A DNA stretch of 36,942 bases from Patescibacteria group bacterium UBA2100 (GCA_002331185.1 DCYW01000030.1:1-36942); one strand, 5' to 3'; counted from the stretch's first letter, positions 19,353-27,005 are shown. A program made the numbers and translations. Notes: generated by a model from the sequence alone, not told the origin.

Positions 19353-19420
19353 GGAGAGTCTGGCTCTTCACAGTGTTTTATATACGTGTGATTGAGTCAG
19401 GCTCTTTCTATTTCATTTTT
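19353..19420 (+). terminator. Rho-independent terminator downstream of the 40-aa ORF
   Basis: AGAGTCTGGCTC (19355-19366) pairs with GAGTCAGGCTCT (19394-19405) over 12 bp. Two pairs are G-U wobbles that work only in the plus-strand RNA. An inner stem TCACA/TGTGA is present, followed by TTCTATTTCATTTTT. Confidence 0.55.
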
Positions 19421-19450
19421 AGTAAAATAATGGCTCAAATTAGACCTAAG

Positions 19451-19488
19451 AAGCATGAATGCCTCAGTCAATTGAGGCATTCATGCTT
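19451..19488. repeat. Perfect 16-bp inverted repeat with a 6-nt spacer
   Basis: AAGCATGAATGCCTCA-gtcaat-TGAGGCATTCATGCTT. No U-tract follows on either strand. It lies between the two small transcription units. Confidence 0.9.
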
Positions 19489-19546
19489 GACCATTGTGTA
19501 TGTTGATATATAAGACTGCAATGTAACTGGCTACTCTTCCGTACAC

Positions 19547-19574
19547 TTGACAAAATATAAAATGAGAGTATAGT
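19547..19574 (+). promoter_or_regulatory. Near-consensus sigma70-type promoter for the 87-aa ORF
   Basis: TTGACA (19547-19552), a 16-nt spacer and TATAGT (19569-19574), about 35 nt upstream of the ATG at 19610. Confidence 0.5.
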
Positions 19575-19609
19575 TATACTCCAACCGATGAGATGAAAGG
19601 ATGTTAGAC

Positions 19610-19873
19610 ATGACCGACGTTGTTGCCACAGGGCAAACAGGGGCTGAGGGAGATAGCAGTAAAACAACAGACAACGCCCTACGACGGCAGAATAAAGGAA
19701 AGGGCGGTAAACCCGCCCAATCTCAACACCAGTTGAGACGAAATAAAGGGTACAATCGACTCGCTCGACGAGTTCGTATCCTTGAGCTTGTACTGGTCGC
19801 CATCTTGGCAACTGTCGCCGAAAGGTATGGTGTCTTGAATACACTGTTTGAATATCTACTCAGTCTATCCTAA
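19610..19873 (+). CDS. Hypothetical small protein, 87 aa, with a basic low-complexity N-terminus and a hydrophobic C-terminal helix
   Basis: The ORF-track frame is 19601-19873. I prefer ATG 19610 because the SD GAAAGG (19595-19600) directly abuts the first ATG but sits 9 nt before the second. It has its own promoter and a strong downstream hairpin. I recognise no family. Confidence 0.6.
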   Translation: MTDVVATGQTGAEGDSSKTTDNALRRQNKGKGGKPAQSQHQLRRNKGYNRLARRVRILELVLVAILATVAERYGVLNTLFEYLLSLS

Positions 19874-19887
19874 TTTCAATGCGTTGG

Positions 19888-19931
19888 AGAGTCCGCACTC
19901 TTCATTATGAATGAGCGCGGACTCTTTATAT
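19888..19931. terminator. Hairpin terminator shared by the convergent 87-aa ORF (+) and the PNPOx-like gene (-)
   Basis: AGAGTCCGCACTC (19888-19900) pairs with GAGCGCGGACTCT (19913-19925) over 13 bp. The single A-C mismatch on the plus strand becomes a G-U pair on the minus strand. The plus-strand tail is TTATATTT. Confidence 0.65.
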
Positions 19932-20378
19932 TTAAAACTCTAAATCGTGTATGCGCAGTTCCCCGCTAGTTGCGTCGAGCCAACGTACTCCAGATGGAAC
20001 GATTTTGAACATAACAAAATCTTCTCTGTCTTTTACATAGTATTTTGCTGGATTTTGCTCTACAAACCAAGCGAGTAGTTCTTGTGTTTGCTCATGAGGT
20101 ATCTCCTTCGCTACGCCCTGCATGTCTACAACCTGTAGCGGATCAATGCTCTCTTGTACAACAGCAATCGAAACATGAGGATCAGCCTGAAGCGCTTTGT
20201 ATTTACCAAAAGCCTGACACGTACCAAAGTATATATTGAAATCATTGTCCACTGCGTAAAGCATGAGTGATGAGTTTGGGTATTTTTCAATATCTAAAAC
20301 AGTCAGCACCATCTTTCTGTGTCTTTTTAAGAAATTGAGTGCTTCGCCCTTCAGTATATCTTTTGATTTTTCTTCCAT
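19932..20378 (-). CDS. Pyridoxamine 5'-phosphate oxidase-like FMN-binding split-barrel protein
   Basis: The size (148 aa) and sequence pattern (LMLYAVDNDFNIYFGT, ALQADPHVSIAV) are typical of the PNPOx-like / general stress protein 26 fold. The call is from family resemblance only. Confidence 0.75.
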   Translation of the reverse strand: MEEKSKDILKGEALNFLKRHRKMVLTVLDIEKYPNSSLMLYAVDNDFNIYFGTCQAFGKYKALQADPHVSIAVVQESIDPLQVVDMQGVAKEIPHEQTQELLAWFVEQNPAKYYVKDREDFVMFKIVPSGVRWLDATSGELRIHDLEF

Positions 20379-20380
20379 GA

Positions 20381-21127
20381 CTACTTTCCTAGTTTTTCAA
20401 ATGCTCGTAAAACTTCTATCGGCATTGCAAAGACTACTGTGTTGCTCTGATCTGAACTGAGATCATTTAGTGACTGTAGTGTTCGTAAGTGCAGCGCTCC
20501 TGGAGCTTGTGCAAGAATACCAGCTGCTTTTGCCATATTATCTGCTGATATAACCTCGCCTTCAGCTTTGATGATAACAGCCCGCTTTTCACGTTCTGCT
20601 TCAGCTTGCTTTGCAATTGTGCGTTCCATATTTTCTGGAAGCACAACGTCCTTAAGCTCAACGTTATCAACTTTAATTCCCCAATCATCACTCGCCTCAT
20701 CAACAATCATGCGGATTTTATCTGAAATCTTCTCACGTCCTGCAAGAAGCTCGTCAAGCTCAACCTCCCCCACTACGTTTCGCATAGTAGTTTGTGCAAG
20801 CTGACTTACGGCAAAGAAGAAATCTTCTACGTTAAGAATTGCTTTATCTGCATCTGAAACTTGATAGTAAATGACTGCATTTACACCCACCGAGATGTTA
20901 TCTTTGGTAATGGCTTGTTGTTGTGGCACATCCACTGCCTTTACCCGCATATCTACCTTTCGCAGTTTTTGAAAAACGGGTATGACAATACGCCATCCTG
21001 GTCCTCGCAATCCAGTAAAACGCCCCATGGTAAACATCAGACCCTTCTCATATTGGTTGATCTGTCGCAGTACTGTGACAGCGACACCAATTAGTACGAC
21101 TAGTAGTACAAAAAAATCCATACGCAC
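20381..21127 (-). CDS. SPFH/Band 7 (stomatin/prohibitin-like) membrane protein
   Basis: N-terminal TM helix, then an SPFH domain (INQYEKGLMFTMGRF, TKDNISVGVNAVIYYQV, AQTTMRNVVG) and an Ala/Glu-rich coiled coil (AKQAEAEREKRA). Confidence 0.9.
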   Translation of the reverse strand: MRMDFFVLLVVLIGVAVTVLRQINQYEKGLMFTMGRFTGLRGPGWRIVIPVFQKLRKVDMRVKAVDVPQQQAITKDNISVGVNAVIYYQVSDADKAILNVEDFFFAVSQLAQTTMRNVVGEVELDELLAGREKISDKIRMIVDEASDDWGIKVDNVELKDVVLPENMERTIAKQAEAEREKRAVIIKAEGEVISADNMAKAAGILAQAPGALHLRTLQSLNDLSSDQSNTVVFAMPIEVLRAFEKLGK

Positions 21128-21173
21128 ATTTAATATTAACCTGTTATATCGTTATTATAATCTTTTCGAGCTC

Positions 21174-21767
21174 CTATTGCCACGGAATATCGAATTGCTC
21201 AAATTCGGGCAATAGTTTCTTGTCGTAAAGAAGTCGATAAATTACCTCAGCATGGCTCAACGCACCCGTGAGGGCATTATGAGGCGCAGGCTCTTCTGGA
21301 ATACCACAGTAATTGAGAACAGCATCAAGGTTCAATGCACTGCGCTTATGTTCAACATCAAGTGGTGGTGTACCTCCCCCTTTTATAATATGCATCCATG
21401 CGAGTGAATGACTATCGATTGTTCGATGTGCAAATGGATAATTTAAACCTGCTCGGTAACAGGCGGCTTTTACGTAATCGCGATCAAACGACACATTCTG
21501 ACCGCCAAATGTTTTATCTTCTAATGGTTCCGACCATGCAATAAACTTTTCTATAAGTTCTGCTTCTGTCTGCTTTGCTGGGTCAGTAATCTCTTCTTCC
21601 GTAAACCCATTTACTTCTAACGCGCCTTCCATAATGTGTGCACCATCCCAAACACGACATTCTTCATAAAACCTATTTTCGGGATTTATAAGGTCGAGTG
21701 CTCCAAGGCTTACAATAGAATGTTTCTCGTATTCTGTGCCTGATGCTTCTATATCTAAAATCAACAT
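21174..21767 (-). CDS. DEDD-superfamily 3'-5' exonuclease (DnaQ-like or Rv2179c-like)
   Basis: Exo I LILDIEASG, Exo II GQNVSFDRDYV and an Exo III-like HNALTGALSHAEV. Confidence 0.78.
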   Translation of the reverse strand: MLILDIEASGTEYEKHSIVSLGALDLINPENRFYEECRVWDGAHIMEGALEVNGFTEEEITDPAKQTEAELIEKFIAWSEPLEDKTFGGQNVSFDRDYVKAACYRAGLNYPFAHRTIDSHSLAWMHIIKGGGTPPLDVEHKRSALNLDAVLNYCGIPEEPAPHNALTGALSHAEVIYRLLYDKKLLPEFEQFDIPWQ

Positions 21768-21884
21768 ATCGCCTAACTATAAACTAACACTGATTAAAGT
21801 CCAAAGTTAGCTAGGCGAGTTGTAGCAAAGGCTACAGTGAATACCATTTTGCGCGAAACAACAACTAAGTGCGTCACTACCAGC

Positions 21885-22268
21885 TCACTGCAACCCTTTA
21901 CAATTCTCTGCTGGCGCATACCCTGCAGCTTGTGCTTCCTCGCTTGAGGAAAACCATATTTTATTCACTTCATTCATACTGCGAGCACCTGAACACCATG
22001 GAAAGTGGTACTTACTACCTTTTTTGGATGCGACATACAATCCTCCCAACATCATTGGTTCGCTTTTATATATTTCGGCTTCAAATAAACGCACTGCTGG
22101 TTGTACATTCTCATAGTTAGACAATCTCCCTAAACCAAAGGCAGACATACCTACTAAAAACACAATACCTACAACTAAAATGTCCTGCGGCACATTGTCA
22201 ATTTGACCCTTGATTTGCAGTGTTCGTTCAAGTATACTTTGCCACCAGTTCGTCATTGCGAACATCAT
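21885..22268 (-). CDS. Membrane-anchored protein with a C-terminal Cys-containing Ada-like / sunset metal-binding domain
   Basis: One TM helix (ILVVGIVFLVGMSAFGL) and the C-terminal pattern KYHFPWC...WFSSSEEAQAAGYAPAENC, which is characteristic of this small domain. The start could be one of the nearby downstream Met codons. Confidence 0.65.
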   Translation of the reverse strand: MMFAMTNWWQSILERTLQIKGQIDNVPQDILVVGIVFLVGMSAFGLGRLSNYENVQPAVRLFEAEIYKSEPMMLGGLYVASKKGSKYHFPWCSGARSMNEVNKIWFSSSEEAQAAGYAPAENCKGLQ

Positions 22269-22286
22269 ACCTTATATTGATATTAT

Positions 22287-22559
22287 ATGGCACATAGAAA
22301 AGCTGGAGGTTCAGCAAAAAACCTACGAGATTCAAACCCAAAGTATTTGGGAACTAAACTAGCGGACGGACAAAGTGCGCAAACCGGTTCAATCATCGTA
22401 CGTCAGCGCGGAACCAAGATTCTTCCTGGAAAGAATGTGGGACTCGGAAAAGATCATACTCTCTTTGCTCTTACTAAGGGTACAGTAAAGTTCCGAAGTG
22501 CACGAAAAATGCGATTTGATGGAAATACTGTTTTTAAGAAAGTTGTCGACGTTCTCTAA
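22287..22559 (+). CDS. rpmA: 50S ribosomal protein L27
   Basis: [22 protein letters not shown]...[27 protein letters not shown] matches the L27 consensus. Confidence 0.96.
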   Translation: MAHRKAGGSAKNLRDSNPKYLGTKLADGQSAQTGSIIVRQRGTKILPGKNVGLGKDHTLFALTKGTVKFRSARKMRFDGNTVFKKVVDVL

Positions 22560-22581
22560 TTCTTTACAATACATCTAAAAC

Positions 22582-22617
22582 AAAAACCTCCCCCGTTAAC
22601 GGGGAGGTTTTTTTGAT
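22582..22617. terminator. Bidirectional rho-independent terminator between rpmA (+) and rplI (-)
   Basis: AAAAACCTCCCC-loop-GGGGAGGTTTTTTT, with an A-tract and a T-tract flanking a GC-rich stem. Confidence 0.88.
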
Positions 22618-22639
22618 TCTATTAGTTAGTAGGTGTTTT

Positions 22640-23083
22640 TTATTTTGTCTCTACCGAGAGATTCACCGGAACTTTAGCATCACCCACTTGTACATGAACC
22701 TTATGTTCTCCAAGCTTTTTTATTGGCTTATCAATAACAATTGATGCTGCCCCAACTTCAACACCAACAACATCTTTAATATGCTCAGCAATTGTATCAG
22801 TGTGCAGCGCTTCAAATAAATGGTTCTTCTCGTTTGCTGTAGCGCGAATAATCAAACCTTCGTCTTTAAGTTTTTCCAACGCACCTTCCAGTACTTTCTT
22901 TGTTTCTTCTTGCTTTGCAACTCTATCTGCAACTGCTTTCTGAGCATTTCTTATTTTTGCATCTGTTGCTACCTCGGCAAACCCACGTGCAATAAGAAAG
23001 TTCTGAGCATACCCGTTCGACAATTCTTTTACCTCTCCTTTTTGACCCACCTTTGCTACATCTTTTAAAAGTATTACTTTCAT
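22640..23083 (-). CDS. rplI: 50S ribosomal protein L9
   Basis: MKVILLKDVAKVGQKGEVKELSNGYAQNFL is the canonical L9 N-terminus. The ORF-track start at 23095 is a TTG four codons upstream; I prefer ATG 23083. Confidence 0.93.
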   Translation of the reverse strand: MKVILLKDVAKVGQKGEVKELSNGYAQNFLIARGFAEVATDAKIRNAQKAVADRVAKQEETKKVLEGALEKLKDEGLIIRATANEKNHLFEALHTDTIAEHIKDVVGVEVGAASIVIDKPIKKLGEHKVHVQVGDAKVPVNLSVETK

Positions 23084-23209
23084 ATATCTTTTCAAATTTA
23101 ATTAATCGCACCACAACTTCCGTTATTTCGCAGAGCAAAAGCTCCAAGAAAAATTGGTCGCACTAATACTACAGAGGATCATGGTGCGTGGCAAGCGCTC
23201 TCGCTTGTC

Positions 23210-24517
23210 TTATTTCGTATTGAGATATTCTACTGCTTTCTCCATAATATAATCGCGCTCTGTGCCTTCTTGTTCTTCCTCTGGGAACTCTACTACAATA
23301 TCTGGTTCAATACCCTCTTGCGTGATGAAGACATCTCCCTTTAGGAGCCATCGAGCAATAGTGACTTTTAGCGATGTCTCGGGTGTTATATCTACAAGCT
23401 CCTGTACGGAACCCTTACCAAAACTCCGTGTTCCAACTAAAGTTGCAACGCCATACTCTTGCAATGCACCTCCAAGAATTTCAGAAGCTGAGGCTGAACC
23501 ACCATCAATCAGGATTACAAGTTCTAAATCATCATTGAATGCATCGTATCCACGACTTCGGTGAATCTTGTTTTCTCCATTACTCCCATAATCTTCAGTC
23601 ACAACAATCTTCCCGCTTGGCAAGAACCAACTTGCCATATCTACTGCAGCATCCAGGTATCCACCTGGATTCCCACGTAAATCAATAATGAGTTTCTTAT
23701 AATTTGTTGCCGCAAATTCTTTTAGTGCTGACCTGAAAAGCTCAGGAGACTTCGCTGAGAAATTATACAGTTCGATAACGAAGATGCCGTCAGCACGTTT
23801 CTGTGTTTCAATAGTTGGAATTTCAATAGTATCTCTGGTTACACTTATTGTGAGTACATCACTCTCCCCTTCTCTAATGATAGAAAACACGACATCGGTA
23901 CCCTTTTCTCCTCTAATAAGACTGACTGCAGCGTTGATTCCCATATCTTTTGTGGATTCTCCGTCAATCTCGATAATTCGATCGCTACTTTTAATACCAG
24001 AGTTAAAGGCAGGAGTTCCTTTCAAAGGTGAGACGACAGTGAGAACTCGATCACGAATGGCAATTTCCATGCCTACACCTTCGAAACTACCGCTGATATC
24101 ATCATTAAATATTTCTGCTTGCGTTGGCGGTAAAAATACTGTGTACGGGTCGCCCATTGATTCAACAAGGCCACTAATCATCCCCCACACTTTTTCCTGA
24201 TCCTTTTCAGACTGCTTTTTTTCTGTAGTCGTGGCTGTTTGTGGAGTTGTTGTCGCATAAGCATCAATGAAGCGTTCATCAAGAATATTCCACACACGCC
24301 ATACTGGACTCAAATCAATGGTATCAGGTTGTGTACTCGCTACAGAGCCTGCCGCAAAAGCTGAAAGTCCGTAGTGATTAAATTGCTCAGCTAAAACACC
24401 CTTGCCGCCCACGAAAACGCCAACCACGAACGTAATGATGATTATGAGGACTCCAGTAAATACAGAGCGAAGTGATGTGCCTACCATTGCACTATTATGC
24501 CATGCGGATAACTGCAT
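23210..24517 (-). CDS. ctpA: Carboxy-terminal processing protease (S41 family) with a PDZ domain
   Basis: N-terminal TM anchor, a PDZ block (GVGMEI...SPLKGTPAFNSGIKSSDRIIEIDG) and S41 catalytic blocks LRGNPGGYL and DGGSASASEI. Confidence 0.9.
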   Translation of the reverse strand: MQLSAWHNSAMVGTSLRSVFTGVLIIIITFVVGVFVGGKGVLAEQFNHYGLSAFAAGSVASTQPDTIDLSPVWRVWNILDERFIDAYATTTPQTATTTEKKQSEKDQEKVWGMISGLVESMGDPYTVFLPPTQAEIFNDDISGSFEGVGMEIAIRDRVLTVVSPLKGTPAFNSGIKSSDRIIEIDGESTKDMGINAAVSLIRGEKGTDVVFSIIREGESDVLTISVTRDTIEIPTIETQKRADGIFVIELYNFSAKSPELFRSALKEFAATNYKKLIIDLRGNPGGYLDAAVDMASWFLPSGKIVVTEDYGSNGENKIHRSRGYDAFNDDLELVILIDGGSASASEILGGALQEYGVATLVGTRSFGKGSVQELVDITPETSLKVTIARWLLKGDVFITQEGIEPDIVVEFPEEEQEGTERDYIMEKAVEYLNTK

Positions 24518-24587
24518 TCAAAATTTCCATTTGGTTATACACGTGCAAAAACAGCACCTCCAAATTGGTACAGTATACTTAGAAGTA

Positions 24588-25508
24588 ATGTTACATCGGC
24601 ATGAGTATAAAAACCTTGTTTGGATAGATTTTGAATGTCCAACACTTGAAGAAGTACGTCGTGTTGCAAATGAATTTGGTATCAACCCGTCAGTTGCTGA
24701 TGAGCTGCTTTCACCAACACTTCGACCTCATACAGAAAGGTACGATGAATATCTCTATCTCGTATTACATTTCCCCACCTTACAACACCCCGCCCACACT
24801 GCGGTCGCACCTGAACATGAAGTAGATTTTATCATCGGAAAGAACTTCATTATCACCACACGTTACGAAGAACTCACGACGTTCGTAGAATTCCGAAAAG
24901 TTTTTGAAGTTAACTCTTCACTTGACGAAGGTCACATTAGTGAGAATGCATTTGATATTTTCTTATTACTTACAAAACGTCTTTACCGCATTGTTGATGT
25001 TGATATTGATAAAATCAGAGACACACTTGAATACATAGAAAAAGAAATATTTGAAGGAAGAGAACGCGAGATGGTTGAGGCGCTTTCGCGAGCTGGACGA
25101 GATATTCTCAATATTAAGCAAGGTCTGGACCCCCATCAAGATATTTTGAGTTCGCTCAATGAACTAACGGTAGAGTTAGCAGGGAAAGAATATGCATCAC
25201 AAATACACTCAATAGAAAATATGTATTATCGTTCACGCAAGCATACAACACGCATTTGGCAGACAATGGTTGAGTTAAGAGAAACAAATAATTCACTATT
25301 GAGTACAAAACAGAATGAGGTCATGAAGATCTTTACTATTCTTGCCTTCGTTACGTTCCCACTCTCGCTCGTTGCTTCTATTTTTGGCATGAACACGATC
25401 AATACGCCGTTTGTTGGTAGCAATTATGACTTCTGGATTGTGATAGGACTTATGGCATGTGCAACATTCTTCATGTTCCTCTTTTTCCGCCATAAACGTT
25501 GGTTGTAG
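24588..25508 (+). CDS. corA: Magnesium/cobalt transporter CorA
   Basis: C-terminal pair of TM helices with the signature FGMN. The ORF-track start at 24402 overlaps ctpA on the opposite strand and encodes non-CorA-like sequence. ATG 24588 (MLHRHEYKNLVWIDF) gives about 306 aa, typical of CorA. Confidence 0.87.
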   Translation: MLHRHEYKNLVWIDFECPTLEEVRRVANEFGINPSVADELLSPTLRPHTERYDEYLYLVLHFPTLQHPAHTAVAPEHEVDFIIGKNFIITTRYEELTTFVEFRKVFEVNSSLDEGHISENAFDIFLLLTKRLYRIVDVDIDKIRDTLEYIEKEIFEGREREMVEALSRAGRDILNIKQGLDPHQDILSSLNELTVELAGKEYASQIHSIENMYYRSRKHTTRIWQTMVELRETNNSLLSTKQNEVMKIFTILAFVTFPLSLVASIFGMNTINTPFVGSNYDFWIVIGLMACATFFMFLFFRHKRWL

Positions 25509-25550
25509 AAAGGTACCCACCTAGTATATAGTGATGCCCATAAACCACAT

Positions 25551-27005
25551 ATGCAGATAAAGCCAATTCTTTTTTATAATACCCTGTCGAAAGAAACTGA
25601 GACCTTTAAAAGCCTCAAAGAAGGTGAAGTTCGCCTGTATAGTTGCGGTCCAACTGTCTACGATCGCGGACATATTGGTAATATGCGATCGTATATACTA
25701 TCTGATATTATTCGACGAACTTTTGAATATAACGGCTATGAAGTACATCAGGTCATCAATATAACCGACGTTGGACATTTAACTGGTGATAATGAAGGAG
25801 ACGCCGATACGGGTGAAGACCGTATGGAAAAAGCATCTGTTAGTTTGGGTGAGTCAGCTCAAGATATTGCGAAGAAATATACCACACTCTTTTTCACAGA
25901 TATACGACGACTTAACATTGATACAGAAAAAATAGAATTTCCACGAGCTACTGAATATATCAACGAACAAATAGCGATGGTTCAAACTCTGCAAGATATC
26001 GGTTACGCGTACAAAGTGTCTGATGGTGTATATTACGACACATCTATGTTCAAGAACTACGGAAAATTAGGAGGTATCAATGTAGACGAACTTGAGGCAG
26101 GTGCACGCGTAAAAGTTAGAAAAGAAAAACGCAACGCAACAGATTTTGCATTATGGAAATTTTCTAGCCCAGACCAACACCGACAACAAGAATGGGAGTC
26201 TCCATGGGGTGTTGGTTTTCCTGGTTGGCATATTGAATGTTCTGCAATGAGCCGCGCTCTTCTTGGGCGTCAAATTGATATACACACTGGAGGAATCGAT
26301 CACATTCCTGTTCATCACAACAATGAAATTGCTCAGAGCGAAGTCGTGAATAAAAAGAAATTTGTTAATTACTGGTTACATAATGCATTTATAAACGTGG
26401 AAGGGCGACGCATGGGTAAATCAATAGGAAACCTTATAAATCTAGACCAGGTTATTGATCGTGGTTTCTCACCCCTTTCATATCGATATTGGCTCCTTAC
26501 TGCACACTATAGAACTCCCGCAAATTTCACGTGGGATGCGCTTGAGGGATCACACGCTGCACTAAAGAAACTACATAGATATTTTGTAGATGAACTAAAT
26601 GTTACGCTGGGTACTGTAGATTCAAAATACAAAGAACAATTCCACGCTTTCATAAATTCAGATTTAGATACACCAAAAGCCATCGCCTTGGTATGGGAAC
26701 TGATGAAAGATGATTCTGTCTCGAAAAAAGATAAACGTGCAACACTTCTAGATTTCGATACTGTGCTGGGTCTTGGACTCAATGAATCTGACGAGTCAAT
26801 GGTGAAACTTCTACATGGCGGTGGTCAAAAACTTTCTGTTTCAGATATTCCCACAAACGTAAAAGCAATCATGGACGAACGTGAACAGGCACGAGAACAA
26901 AAGGATTTCAGAAAAGCTGATGCACTGCGCGAACAATTGCATGTGCACGGATATGAAATAGAAGACACTGCTGTAGGTCCCAGGCTATCAAAAAGGAAGG
27001 AATAG
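25551..27005 (+). CDS. cysS: Cysteine--tRNA ligase
   Basis: CGPTVYDRGHIGNMRS (HIGH), zinc-site WHIECS and the KMSKS variant RMGKSIGN. Confidence 0.95.
   Translation: MQIKPILFYNTLSKETETFKSLKEGEVRLYSCGPTVYDRGHIGNMRSYILSDIIRRTFEYNGYEVHQVINITDVGHLTGDNEGDADTGEDRMEKASVSLGESAQDIAKKYTTLFFTDIRRLNIDTEKIEFPRATEYINEQIAMVQTLQDIGYAYKVSDGVYYDTSMFKNYGKLGGINVDELEAGARVKVRKEKRNATDFALWKFSSPDQHRQQEWESPWGVGFPGWHIECSAMSRALLGRQIDIHTGGIDHIPVHHNNEIAQSEVVNKKKFVNYWLHNAFINVEGRRMGKSIGNLINLDQVIDRGFSPLSYRYWLLTAHYRTPANFTWDALEGSHAALKKLHRYFVDELNVTLGTVDSKYKEQFHAFINSDLDTPKAIALVWELMKDDSVSKKDKRATLLDFDTVLGLGLNESDESMVKLLHGGGQKLSVSDIPTNVKAIMDEREQAREQKDFRKADALREQLHVHGYEIEDTAVGPRLSKRKE

Noticed and set aside
19430-19513. 27-aa ORF (MAQIRPKKHECLSQLRHSCLTIVYVDI) spanning the palindrome
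   Set aside because: There is no SD. The ORF is essentially a by-product of the inverted repeat, which reads open in this frame.
19464-19844. 126-aa minus-strand ORF
   Set aside because: It lies antisense to the better-supported 87-aa ORF. It has no SD and an odd R/C/W/Y-rich composition, and it starts inside the 16-bp palindrome. I treat it as a shadow ORF.
18352-19931. Alternative genetic code (UGA recoding) hiding a gene in the gap
   Set aside because: TGA functions as a true stop for the carboxypeptidase gene at 12381-12383, with mraY starting 1 nt later. The gap is also interrupted by TAA and TAG codons in all frames.
22269-22286. Only 18 nt between the divergent starts of the sunset-domain gene and rpmA
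   Set aside because: This is probably a start-codon artefact, since the sunset gene has Met codons at positions 2 and 5. It could also mean the promoters lie inside coding sequence. It is not evidence of a special element.
24402-24587. N-terminal 62-aa extension of corA in the ORF track
   Set aside because: It overlaps the ctpA start region on the opposite strand (24402-24517) and does not look like CorA. The Met at 24588 gives a canonical-length protein.
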